A DNA stretch of 64,000 nt, taken from contig NW_024704742.1 in the NCBI RefSeq assembly GCF_018977255.1, positions 117,802,001 to 117,866,000 of the forward strand, written 5' to 3'. The translations under genes and the position numbers were made by a program. Origin of the DNA: Callorhinchus milii (lineage: Eukaryota). Shown one piece after another: positions 1 through 12,439 of this stretch; the first letter of the stretch is position 1, and every line of letters begins with the position of its first letter. The notes beneath the pieces were generated by a model. The model was not told the origin of the DNA and searched no databases. It saw nothing but the letters and a program-made list of their open reading frames with translations.

Positions 1-40
1 AGCAAAAGTTTCCTGAAGTTATTCTATTTAAATAGGATAG

Positions 41-483
41 GTCTGCAGCAGTTCAAGACACTGCTGATGACAAACCAGCTCGGCAGGATATGGAGGGGCA
101 GGTAAGGGGAGGGATTCCTCGTACTTGGATCTTGTTAATCCTGCAAACCCAAATCCTAATTGATAGAGTGGACAAGCAGTGGGAAGCTTGCCAGACATTG
201 CTCAAAGTAGAAAACTGTGTTTTAGCTGCTTAAATTCCACCAGTACCCCAACACACACTCCAGGGTAGCAAACCTTGGCTCTAACCAATCTGTGCCTAAT
301 GCTCTGAAATTAGGAAAACAGTATGCGTTTCTCCCCGGAGAGAGTGCGCTTTCCATTCTAAACACAAAGAGATTTCCATGCATAAATAGATTGCAGTTGT
401 GAAACACTGAGTCAAGGCTTTACATTTAAAAATCTCAGTCTGGTTTGGATTCCCTTAAGCGTGTGTCAGACACCTGACTGGCC
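41..483 (+). mobile_element. 3' portion of an old unclassified non-LTR retroelement family (copy A)
   Basis: Colinear similarity to 24900-25636, 57790-58120 and 63285-63750 (cactgctgatgaca...aagcttgccagaca...ggagagagtgc...tgtcagacacctg.ctg.cc). Confidence 0.75.
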
Positions 484-820
484 AAAACAAATCCTTCTCT
501 ATCTTTATCAGATGTAAGGTCTTCAATTATTCATGAAGGCCAGTTTCATAGTTTTCTTCTGTGTTGAAGCACTAATGCACTGCTGGAATAAGTTTTATTC
601 TGTTCTTGTTGCTATTGTGAAAATAAATGAATCTATTACTCCATGCCACCACAACTGAACCACATGATGAATCAACTGAAAAGCACAAAAGTGCTGAGCT
701 CCTGTTATGTACAACCCATATTAGCATTAAAATCTAACCTTTTAGATTAATGTAAAGCATTCTAAATAAAAGAACACGATAAATGGATCCATCGTATCCA
801 AAACTGGGTTAAACATATGT

Positions 821-1395
821 GTCAGCTTGGCTCGGTGGAAGCACTCTTGCCTCTGAGTCAGAAGGTTGTGGGTTTAAGTCCCATGTCAGAACTTGAACTC
901 TAGGATGACAATCCAATGCATTGTTGGGGCTGTGTTGCATTATCGGAGTTACTGTCTTTCAGGTGAGACATTAATCCGAAGTCCCGTCTGCCTGTTCAGG
1001 TGTACGTTAAAGATCCCATGGCACTAATCAAAAAGAAAAGATTTAATAGATTTTTGGTAGGTATTTTTAGTATTAAACCATATGGGGAGAAAGCAGGAAA
1101 TTGGAATTGAAAGGATTAGTTGAGGTACAGATCAATAATGAAGGGCTGAATGACCTACTCCTGTTCCCATGTTCTTATGTTCCTAGAAGGGAGTTTCTCC
1201 CTGTGTCCTGGCCAACAATCTCCAAAGCAAAATTGGTCACTCACTCCATGGCTGTTTGTGGGACATTACCGTGTGCAATTGTGCTGCCGCGTTTTCCTAG
1301 AAAACACAGAATCACTCAATTTTACAGTAATTCCTGTGAAACGGTTTGTGATATCCTTCCAACATGTACTATACTAAATTCCAAGTATTATATTA
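821..1395 (+). mobile_element. tRNA-headed Deu-domain SINE (AmnSINE1/SacSINE1-like), interrupted by a CR1 3' fragment at about 1040-1184
   Basis: A/B-box-like head (tggctcggtggaagcactcttgcctctgagtcagaaggttgtgggtttaagtccc), Deu core (cccgtctgcctgttcaggtgtacgttaaagatcccatggcacta...tgtcctggccaaca), decayed L2-type tail. Confidence 0.8.
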
Positions 1396-4143
1396 TTCTA
1401 AATACAACAAACTATTTTTTATTAAATAAATAAACTGCAAGAGTGAAAACAGAGCAAAATCAGTCATTTCTCCAGTATTATGTTTTGCAAATAGTAAAAT
1501 ATTGGGGTAACAAAACTTAATAAACTAGAAAATTAAATTAGAAGTTGCAACAATGACTAAAAATTACATTTAAACATTTGTCAATTCAGAAAAAAGCAGT
1601 TGAGTTACCTGTCCACCTACTGGTAGTTGTTGAACAGTTCTTAATTAATACGTGGATTGCTTGAAAAGATTGCAAATTCAAACCGAGAATTACTTAATAA
1701 GTCTGCAAATTCACCCGAATCTAGCACAAAGTGGACCGTAAATCAGGAGGGATTAAAACAAATGAAGAGGTCCATAAATAGCCTGTCAACATAATAAAAT
1801 GAGACACCCAAGAAAAGGTGAGAGATAAGAAGAGGTGAGAGGCAAGATAAGAAAGGCAAGATGAGGTGAAAGACAAGGCAACAAAGTGAGAGGCAAGATA
1901 AGATGGAGAACAGATCCTGACAAAATAATTCAGCTTTTCATGGATTCATGGAGTGCAATGAAGGATCTGAGTGATGAACTGTTTTCTTGTTGCTGCACGG
2001 ATAGTTAGTGAAAGATAATTTCCTAAAAAAACTATTGTAATACAATACAAAATTACATTTGTATAGCGCCTTTCACATTGGGAGGCTGATTCTAACTGAG
2101 AATTACTTGAATGCCCAGAATAGCTCAAGAGAGAATCTACGAATAAGGCATTTGATCTCAATTTATAGCATTCCTCCAGAAAACCCACCTTGCTATCTTA
2201 AAATTACAAAATAAAGATGTTTCTTGAATGAGTCCAGTAATAATACTTGCATTTGATATAACACCTTATCACGTCGCTGAGACATCTCAAAGCACTTTGC
2301 AGAATATATTGTAAAGTGGATTGACTGTGTATTTTGTGGGCAAAACGTGGCAGCCAATTGCGCACATTACCATTTTAATGGACCAAATGTTTTGAAACAA
2401 GTAATTTGAAATTCTGAGAACAGCAAGTGAAAGCATTACCAAAGTTTGCAAATTTGAATTAATAGTGATTATTCCCAAAGCTATAACAGCTGTGTTCAGT
2501 ATATGAATCATTGAGAAAAGAGCTGTAAGCATGTTGTATACACCAGAAAACAATAATAATTATTGTGTTTGTGATTGCGCTAATAACATTGAAGATTCTC
2601 AAAGCTTCACAAGATTTATGGTAAAGTGTAGTGACTGTGTAATTTGTAGACAAACTCAGCAGCCAACTTGCACACAGCAGTGTCCCACAAACAACCATGA
2701 AGTGAACAACCAATTTATCTCCTGCCAGACATCCTAGTAAATGACAAAAATAATACTGGAGGCTAGTATTAATAATTTTATACATCAGAAGTGGTTACAG
2801 GAACAACGAGCCAAATATCCAGAACAAGTAATAATAGTTTGATCAATTCTGACAAGAACTAAAGGCAGAAGAAAATACAAAAGCTAAAATGTATAAAATA
2901 AAAATGGTGAAGTGAATTTAACAGTTTCTTTGACAGTCGCTGTTTGGAATACTGAGTAATCTGTTTGCAGACTTGCATTTGTTAGAGAAGCTCATTGTTC
3001 TGTTCTTCAAGTGTATTCAGCTGTTTCCCTCTTAGTCAATAAGATAAGGGAGAGGAATCTGGGCGAAAGAATGGAAAGAGAGAAGTAATCTGAGTAGTTG
3101 TGGATCTAAGGAGGTATTACTTATTTTATCAGTCATTCAGATTTATGATTTAATCACTTATAATTTATGATTTATTAACATCTGGCTGTTCTGGTGTATG
3201 TCCAAGATCCTGTGGCACTATTCATAAAGAGCAGCGAGTTTCTCCCCAGATAATATTGTTCATTCATTTTACTGCTAGGTGCTAATTGGCTGCTGGGTTT
3301 GCCTATAAAGACACAGTCACTACACTTCACAGTAATAAATAATCCTTGTAATTTGATTTAGCACCTTTCACGTCAGGAGGTCGTCTTAAAGCGCATCACA
3401 CGATTTTACTGTTCTATTGAGGCATGAGGTTCTCAAACCTCTGCAAGGTTGGCTATGTTATTTGTATTTCCAAGATCATTCTGGATAGTATGAATTTGAC
3501 CTTTATTCTATTGTTGCGCAATGGAGAGATGGAGCTGTCAGCAGTGTGGTAACTATAGGCCATAATGTTGAGGATGTGGGCAGTAAGTTTCAGGTTAAAA
3601 GGTTGGCAAGGCATCCTTGCCACTAATATCTATCCCGACCAAGTAAGCTTTAGAAGAGGGAATGGATAATGTAACGAAAAATTACAATCAAAGCCAGGTA
3701 TTTTCTTTAATTTTTACGGTGATTTTCTTTCATTGTAGTTTGTTACAAAGCAAACATGAGGTAATGGTCATTCTTTATATTTTCGTAACTATAGTTACAG
3801 AATTGGTTGAAAAATGCTTCATGACTGAGGATGTGTTATTCATGTTGCACCATTTCAGTGAGATACTTTTGTTTAATGCACAAAAGGTATCGTATGAGCT
3901 ATGACTGGAGTAGAGCAGACTTCTTTTGCTTTTTGCTTTCCTTCAGGACATTGATTTATATAGTTGTACAGTAATCCTGATCATTAGGAATCCAGTGTAT
4001 TGGAACCTATTCAATGTTAGCTACTGCTCAGCTGTCAAATAAAGCAAAATCATAGTTCGTTTTTTTAAAAAAACAAGCATGTTGTTTACTTACCACTTAT
4101 CACAAAATAATACAAAAGGTTTCTAAATTGATGTACCTAATCG

Positions 4144-4230
4144 GTTGCTAGGAAACAGCATGCAATCGGTGCTTTGATCTGCTCTATGCACCAGTATGAA
4201 ATGCTGCTATTTGGCTGTTGCCATGGATCC
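4144..4230. promoter_or_regulatory. Pair of RFX X-box-like motifs
   Basis: GTTGCTAGGAAAC (4144-4156) and GTTGCCATGGATCC (4217-4230) in apparently non-repetitive intron sequence. Motif match only. Confidence 0.4.
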
Positions 4231-4915
4231 TGAACGCCTGGAACATCATTTCCTGTTCACTAGCCTTTTAATTTTTAAAGCTGTGAGTGACATCAATTGG
4301 AACAAAATGAATGAAAAGGGCAGTTAAAGGTGCATCTTCCCTGTGATTAGACTCGTATCCATTGCAGAATACTTCAGAAAGAAATCTATGGTCCTTTTGA
4401 GCCTTTGTGTAGGTTATAATTCAGATTTGTTTTGTTCAGCTAAACCAGTACCCATAACTTGCCCTTTGTATAAGGGACATAATAATAATAATCCTTGTAT
4501 TTGATACAGTGTATTTCACATCGGGAGGACGTCACAAAGCACTTCACATGATTTACTGTAAAGTAGAGTGACTGTGTATTTGTTGGCGAACATGACACCA
4601 CAAAGAATAAAACTATTTCAAGTTGTACTTACTGGAAGCAAGTTTGTGATACTAAATAATCATCAACCATTAGTTCACATGACAATATGCATCAAATGCT
4701 ATTGGTGATGTTTGAATATTCTAAACCGATTCCTCTATTCTAATCACCTCCTATAGGTTGCATTGTTCAGTGAAACCAAAGGAAGGTAAAAGGTTACTGA
4801 CAAAGACAAGAGGCAATCACCCTCTGTACTGCATTGTTTATAATAATACCCCTTACATTTGATATAGTGCCTATCGCATTGTGAAAACATACAGTGTAGT
4901 CATTATATTTGGATT

Positions 4916-5286
4916 ATAATAATAATAATCGTTGCATACAATATAGTGCCTTATCACATCTTCCCGAAGTCTCAAAGCGTATCAAAGGATATACTGTAAA
5001 GTTAATTGACTGTAGATTTTGGGGACAAAATGCGGCAACGAATCGCACACAGCAGTGTCCTACAAACAGTCGTGGATTGAGTGACCAAATTATTATTATT
5101 TTTAAGGGATTATTACCCCCAGAAAAGCGATCCGCCAATCAACTAACCGAGTTCCTACTCACTGCTACGTAAACAGAGGCATGTGGAGTAAGGAAACTTG
5201 TCTAAACTTTCGCCCTGCCCGGGAATCCAACCCAGGTCCCCTCACTTGTGAGGCGAGTGCTCTAATCACTAAACTACAGGATTCCA
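4916..5286 (-). mobile_element. tRNA-derived SINE, family 2, long form, full length
   Basis: Reverse complement reads tggaatcctgtagtttagtgattagagcactcgcctcacaag...ggttggattcccgggcagggcgaaa, then a central tgcctctgtttacgtagcagtgagtaggaact segment, a 3' Deu-like segment and a (TTA)n tail. Confidence 0.85.
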
Positions 5287-5628
5287 CAAATAATATAGTA
5301 ATATATTATAGTGTTACCAAATAATTGTGTAATAGTCTAGCCTTGAAACTCTACCATACAAAACTGGAGAGGGAGAAATAAATTTCCAATTCCATACCGT
5401 AATCACATCAGATCGATTATGCAAATTTTATCCCTGGGTTTTGTATGCAATGTAAAGACAAAATGCTGTTACCTTTCCAACTACTTTCTCTCCTGCTAAA
5501 GTTATTTTGCACTCGGTAACCCCAAAACAGTTTATTTTCAGTTTCAGGGGTTGACAACAGTGTTCCGGAGGAATGGGTGGCAGAAATTTTCCAAATTGTG
5601 ACTGAAGATTAAAATTTTCAAAAGTTAT

Positions 5629-7660
5629 AACAACAACAACTTGGATTTATATAGTGCCCTCCACGCCGGACGGCATCTCAGAGCGCTTCACAGCAAACGG
5701 ATCCTGGGACCGAGCCAGGGGGAGGGGGAGGAAGGTGACCAAAGGCGCGATCGAAAAGAAAGGTCTTCAGCAGAGACCTGAAAATAGGAAGAGAGGGAGC
5801 GAGATGAAGGGAGTGAGGAAGGGAGTTCCAGAGCCTCGGGGCATAGTGGCTGAAGTCTCTGTACTGTGGGCAGGGCGGACACCAGACTGGAGGGGTTCGA
5901 AGAGGGAGTGGGAGGAGAGGTGTACGCGAAGTTGGTTGGCCACAACGCGTTCTAGACCTTTTGAGAGGAAGGGCAGGTTAGAAATAGGGTTGTAATGGCT
6001 GGGGTTTGAGGGATCTGGGGAGGGTTTTTTCAGGAGGCGGGTGATGACTGCAGTTTTGAGGGAGACAGGGACTGATCCGGAGGAGAGGGACTGGTTGATG
6101 ACGTCAGCCAGTAGTGGGCAGAGGAGGGGGAGCTGGGTGACCAGTAAGTTGGTGGGGAGGGGGTCGAGGCAGCAGGTGGTGGGTTTCATGGAGGTGATGA
6201 TGGGTGAGAGGAAGGAGGGAGAGATGGGGAGGAAGGAATGTAGAATGGGGGTGGTGGTAGGAGCAGAAGATGAGGAGGGTGAGGAGGACAGAGAGATGCT
6301 TGAGCCACAGTTGGCGGTGGACTGTCAGGCCAGTTATCAGGCCGGGTTTGGGTTTTTTGGCGGCGGAGATGGTTGCTGTACCGGGGGATCGGGTCGGTTT
6401 GGAGATGGTCCTGGATTTCAGGGGGACGAGGGAGTTGAAGGTGGAGGAGAGGCGATCATGGAGCAGCTGGACGGCTGCTTCAGGATCTCCGTGGGTGGAA
6501 GGCCAGAGGAATAGGAGGTTTGATGATGAGAGGGCCTTTGTGAGAGTCTAAGGGGGTAGCCTTTTCCAAGGGCGGTCGAGGATGGTTGAGGGCATGGTGG
6601 AGGAAAGAGGGATGCGAGAGGAGAAGGAGATGAGGAAGTGGTCCGAGATAGCCTTGTCCCTAAGCTGAGGTCTGAAATGTCAAGGCTGTGGGTGATGATG
6701 AGGTCAAGGGCATTACCACAGTTGTAGGTGGGTTAATTTATATGAAGGGTGAGGTTTAGGGAGGAGACGAGGGCAGTGAAATCGGCAGAAGTAGTGCAAG
6801 GGGAGTTTAGGTGGAAGTTGAAATCACCCATTATGAGCAGGCGCTCAGAGCAGAGGGACAGGGAAGAGAGGAGAGTAGAGATGTCTGTGTGGAAGGAGCC
6901 GGGGGGGCTTAGGGGGGCGGTAGACAAGGAGGATTTTCAATGGGAGAGAGTGATGGAAGAGGGTGAGGTGCTCGAAGGAGGGGAAGTAGCCAGAAGAATA
7001 GGGGATAAGACCAAGGGAGGCTTTGGAAATGGAGGCCACCCCGCTGCCATGCTGGTTTGGACAGGGGTTGTGGTGGAAGGTGTAGCCTGGAGGGGAGGCT
7101 TCCACTAGGGCAACGGGGTCATTGGGGGACAGCCAGGTTTCGGTGAGCCCAAGAATGTCAAGTTGCTCATCCAGGATGAGGTTGTGGATGGTGAGGGCTT
7201 TATTTGAGAGGGAACGGACATTTTGGAGGGAAATGTAGGTGGGTTTGCTGGAGGGAGGGGAGGAAGGAGAGTGAGGAAAGAGTGATGCAGAAAGGATTTT
7301 GGGGTGTACAGGAGAGATGGTTGTGGAGAGTGGTGTAAGTGGAGAGTTGGGGAGGGTATGTATGAGGGAAGGGGGAATTGTGTTTGCCTTAAGGAGGCGG
7401 TTTGAGCGGAGAGAGTGAGTGATGGGACACTTGGGGTTACTGCTCTGGGACAGCCAGTGCCGGGAGTCACGATGGGCCCGGCGGAGGATGCCCAGGCTGG
7501 AGCAGAGGGAAGTGGTAATGGGGTCGAGGAGAGAGAGAAGGTGGGGAGGGCGGTGGGAGAGAAGGACAGAGGGGGAGTAGCGGATAGAAGGGGTTGGGAG
7601 GAGAGACATAGAGGGGGGCAGGAGGAGAGACATTTGGAGTGGAGGTGGCGGCTCGGGTCA
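5629..7660 (-). mobile_element. L2 LINE retaining its N-terminal/APE endonuclease region and 3' tail, with most of the RT deleted
   Basis: APE motifs ISLQNVRSLSNK, LDILGLTETWL, LLVYRPP, IMGDFN; RT start PLLKKPS..YNPISNLPFLSKGLERVVA..QSGVRPAHSTET; fused at about 5855 to FSHYAPRLWNS and a (TTG)n tail. Frameshifted. Confidence 0.92.
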
Positions 7661-8655
7661 TATATATAAGAAATATAAAAATATTTGATACAGAGGCTAT
7701 AACATCAAAATGTCCCAAAACACACCACAGGTGCTATTCTTTTCAAGGCAATCCAGTTGAACTGAACCCACTGTTCACCTGATGAGTATTTGTGGGACTG
7801 TACTAGTAATGGTTGCCATCAGTTTACATTTGGAAGCTGATTCTTTCAAGAACTTCAGAAAACCGGCTCCCAAATTAATACTGAATTTAAGAATTCATAA
7901 AAAATTTCTGGAATGGAAAATAAACATTACGATGGGCCGTAAAATTCTATGGTTCATGTACCTCACAAAATATACAGACAATTATATTGTATGAAGCGCT
8001 TTGAGACATCTAGAAGATGTGATAAGGTGTTATATCAAATGTAAGGATTATTATTATTATAGTTTTAGATATAACAAAAATAGGTAAATATCTGAAAACT
8101 TAGCAAAGCTAGGAGGTCTATGAAAGCTTTGAAGATTTTGTGTCATTCAAGCTCAGTCCTGGCCTTTGGAGTTTCAGCTTTGAAGCCATTGGAGACTTGG
8201 GTAAAAAAAATATAAGTACACATGCTGTTTCCATACATGGCGATTTAACATGTGCGCAGAAACTGACTTATTTTTCTACATCACCTACAGAAGCAGAATT
8301 GACATCAGTAACACCAAATTCAAAGCATGGGAAGCTTTTGAAGACTCGTTTTCAACGTGCAGTACAGTATAAGTTATTAGTGCATTGATTTGTGCACTGG
8401 CTATACCGCAGTGTAAGACGTAATGCATGCCCATTGGTCAGGCAATGGAATACAGTGTGATGCACAGCTTAAAAAGAGATAGCATTTCCTGCAGAATTGC
8501 AGGGACTGACAGCCAAGCCACTGAGGCTGAGAGGAACTGCATTTATACTGCCAGCAATCTGCCACTTCTTCAAACTTGTGTTTTGGGTACTTTTGAAGTT
8601 GGTACTTTAATAAGATTGACATAAAGGAACAGAACAAAACAGGAGAGAAGTGTTT

Positions 8656-8712
8656 ATGGTGCTCTTGCAGGGCACATACAGTAGATGTCTTGATATATGC
8701 ACTGCTAGCAAG
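8656..8712 (+). CDS. Candidate alternative first coding exon of PDE8B (MVLLQGTYSRCLDICTASK)
   Basis: ATG at 8656 opens 19 codons ending AAG|gtgccg (phase 0, in frame with the 16561 exon). Upstream: about 190 nt without ATG, a TATA-like cttaaaaag (8468) and an inverted CCAAT box (8431). The donor is weak and there is no expression evidence. Confidence 0.35.
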
Positions 8713-10699
8713 GTGCCGTATACTGTTTCCCAGTTCCATACAGCCTGTGGTATACTTGAGATTTTTAGCAATTTATGTAGCATTTTAGAGCATTCAGAAA
8801 TAAATGATTAAATATTACCTTCATTTGGAAGCCTACATTTTTATAAGTTCTTTAAAAACTTAAAAGACCAATACAATACAGAAAAAGAGTTCTTTCAAGA
8901 ACATACGGATAACACTTCATGGCTGTTTGTGAAACATTGTGGAGCACAAATTGGCTGCCATGTTTGCCAAGAAATACAGTCATTGCACTTAACACTAAAA
9001 TCTTGTGAAGCGCTTTGAGACATTTTGACAATACAATAAGATGCTGTTTGTTTATTTATTCCTAAATTTACTTCTTACTTGCTATACAGAAATACTTACA
9101 CTGCATCTAATGTACAGGAACCCTACCATTCAAGCAACCACCCACAACAAATGATTTAAGCTTGGAGTACAAAAAGGTCGTTAATAGATCACCGAGCTAA
9201 TGTTAACGATTAGATGAATATTCCAGGCGATGGCTCATATCAAACAAATCTTCCTCTATGATCTGATATTTCTTAAGGCCAAATCAGAACAAAATATTTT
9301 ACTTTTTAATCTTCCAATGATCTTCCCACAAAATGGAATGAATGGGGTTGAGACAAGGATCCTTCCCTAATTTTTAAAGTGATGCAGTTACCAAAAATGC
9401 CATGAAAATGTGCAGTTTGTAAAGTCCACAGTGCAATAGAATTCACATTCATACTTCCTTTCTCAGGTCGGGAGGACATGCCAAAGCGCAAGGGGTTGTG
9501 CAATCGTCTTGTTACATTAGTGCGTATTATTATACATCAGCATTTCAAAATGATTGACAAAAAATAAAAGGCTCAGGAATGAAATGGGGAAAGTAACAAA
9601 GAGTGGTAAGTGTGGAGTAAAAACAGCTTACACTATTAAACTGATTTGAGTCTTTGGTAGCTCAGGATTGAACAATTGTCCAACACAGTGCTCGAAACAA
9701 AATTGTGCTCTGTTTTGATATACTTTGTTTGATATCCTTATTTATTTCATAGACTTTTGTATACAAACAGCAGCAAATCACTCAGTGACCATGTGAATCG
9801 ATCAGGCACTCACTCAACATGGACAGCAGGTGCTATAATCATCGTCATCAGACAATCGTGGGTTTGTATCTTGAGCAAAACTTTTCAGTCTAGACCCAGG
9901 AGTCAAGTAGAACTCTTTGTATTAAAAATGCCAGTATATCTGATTCCTTTTCTCTTTCCAGTGACCTCCCTGGTTACCTGGTGGTAGTGGCTGATCAGGT
10001 GCCAGTCAAAGCAGATTTCAGGATCCGTATCAATAACAGGATAATTAGAGAATGTCGGCATTGATTGACATCAAACAAACATTACCTTTTTATCCATTGA
10101 TACACCATAAATGATGCGGCTTGTGTGATTTGTTGCTTCAGGGCTTTGAAAAGCAGGAAAATCATATTCATCTGCATGCAGTAAAATTATTGGTATTCAT
10201 GGCAATGTCCTTGGTCGTCAGTAAGTGCAGAATGATTTTAAACCAAGAACATCCACTCACTCCACTCATCAAGTGGTGTGTTGCTATGGTAAAACAAAAA
10301 CACCTGATGATATATTTATTCATAGAGAATAGGTAAATTTGCATCAAAATAAATGTGTAGCAACAAAAGAATGTTAGAACTACTCTTTTGAAACAAAATG
10401 TAGCTTATGACTCAGAATACAGCAATCTGATAATATTATTATTGAGTCCGCACAATGCTGGTGTCTGTGAGTTAAGATTATATTTCTGTTTGTCATTTTA
10501 TGCAATCCAAACAGATAATCATTAAAGGGACAATGATATCTAGTAACATATCTATCTTGGTTTGGAAACAGAGGTCACTTGCTCGTGTGATCAACAATGT
10601 GACAACATTACCATTCCTACATTTCTGAATGTTAAACATTTAAAATTTAAACAATAAATCTGAGCACTGCATGGACTCATATTGAAACGATTTATTGAA

Positions 10700-10975
10700 A
10701 ACATCAGCGGTTAGGCCTTCACCCTCTCCACCCCCACTTTGGAACACAATCCCACAGTCCCTTTGCCTCGCTCCTTCCTTTGCTTCCTTCAAGTCATGTT
10801 TCAAGACCCTCCTCTTCGAGCATGCCTTCGGTCATCCTCATACCCATACCCTCCCCACACTCCACCCCTCTCGATCCAAACCCCAGCTTGGGTCCAAATC
10901 CCTAACTGTCCAGCACCTTGGGACGTCCTCCCAGCGTGAAAGGAAGGCACTATACAAATGTAATTTGTTGTTGTT
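10700..10975 (+). mobile_element. L2 3' end (subfamily B)
   Basis: LWNTIPQSL..FKSCFKTLLF, then gcaccttgggacgtcctccc...gaaagg..ctatacaaatgtaatttgttgttg tail. Confidence 0.88.
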
Positions 10976-10978
10976 ATA

Positions 10979-11216
10979 GGGAGAAATTCCATCTGGATCC
11001 AGACTTACACTATTTTCGTTACATTTCAGAGTGTGAGGAATTTAACAGTTCTTAAATTTATTCTCCATTTGGAAGCTGTTTTTCTGCAATTCTTAAAAGA
11101 ACCAAAGGAAAACCAGATTTAAATTTAAGACTGCATTTAAGAACCTGTCAAATTCTGCACACTCTGAGACACCCAAGAAATTAGAGTAAATATAGAGCAG
11201 GTGGAACTTTTCCCCC
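10979..11216. mobile_element. Fold-back (palindromic) MITE, about 240 bp
   Basis: Termini gggagaaattccatctg and caggtggaacttttcccc are inverted; inner arms also pair (tcagagtgtgaggaattt / aaattctgcacactctga). Related copies at 27830-28052, 43834-44060 and 63914-64000. Confidence 0.78.
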
Positions 11217-12049
11217 AGGATCAGAGACAGAACCTTTGCTTGTTTTTCACATGGCTACAGGAATAAACTTGACCAGTGTCTGGTCTCATATTGAAATGAA
11301 CTGGGGAGAACCAAGTGGTTGTCGCACTTGGAATAGTCGAATGGTGAATCAGCAGCAATCAACAATAGAAGTTTTCGTGCTTCAAGATGCTACCATGTGA
11401 GGGGCACTAATATAAATGAAAGTTGTTGTTCTTGTTGATATTGTTTTTCATTTAGACAATTTTCTTAATGTTTCAGAGTGCCAATTCTTCAGTTTAGTCT
11501 CAATATTGAAGCCGTTTTTTGGTAGTTTCTTGTAAGAACGTGTGGGAAATTGGTTTAAAAATTAACTGTAAATTTCAAATTTGCCATAATTCTGAGTACT
11601 CTGAAATGTTAAGAAAGCTGTGTAAGTCTAAAACCAAGTGGGATTTCTGGCTCCAGGAAGGTTTAATCCCTGACCCCCTGGACACTACCCCACATGAAGG
11701 GTGCTATATAAATGCAAGTTGTTGCTGCTGATCTGTTCTGAGCAAGGTAATCTCAGAGTGAAGCGGTATAAGAGCATTACAGTAGCCTAAATTCTTCTGG
11801 TCTAGTGAGCGGCCAAATCAACTGGGTTCCCATTGGAAAGCATGCATATATGGCCAGGTGTAAGAGGGAATGGGCTGCACCAGGAAAACAAACTTGCACC
11901 AAGGGTTTTAACAACAAAAGAAAGGTTTATAATAATAATAATAATCCTTGCATTTGATATAGCACTTTATCACATCATCAAGACATCTCAAAGCACTTCA
12001 CAGAATATATTGTAAATTTAATTATTTTTATAAGGGAACAATTGCTTTT

Positions 12050-12302
12050 TACAGCCATCTTCTCCAGACTCCTCCACCTCTCTGGCACCCAGTTATGGCT
12101 CCCCTCTCGACTCTCTTCCCCCTCCTCGCTCCCTCCCTTCCCTCCCCTCACCCTGACCATTTCCCCCCTCCTCGCTCCCTCCCCTCCCCTGACCATTTCC
12201 CCCCTGCTCAGGTCATGACCCAACTGTGCAGCGCCTTGGGACGTCCTCCTGACGTGAAAGGCGCTTTATAAATGGAATCTTGTTGTTGTTGTTGTTGTTG
12301 TT
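12050..12302 (+). mobile_element. L2 3' end with long (TTG)n tail, abutting an antisense SINE tail at about 11929-12015
   Basis: gcgccttgggacgtcctcctgacgtgaaaggcgctttataaat followed by about 7 TTG units. Confidence 0.8.
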
Positions 12303-12439
12303 ATATATTGATGCCGGTGCCCAATTAGCACTGAGGGCTAGAAATTCAAACAACCCTAATCGGAGTCCAGTCCTTGTTAACTACCTTGATTGAGGCTCCT
12401 TTTTTTAAACAGGTAGAAAAAGCACACTCCTTTACACAT

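Noticed and set aside
6845..7633. 262-aa minus-strand ORF as a host gene
   Set aside because: It is the N-terminus and APE endonuclease of an L2 element, frameshifted downstream.
8427..8624. 65-aa ORF as a small gene
   Set aside because: No recognisable domain; it starts upstream of the TATA-like motif and is the length expected by chance.
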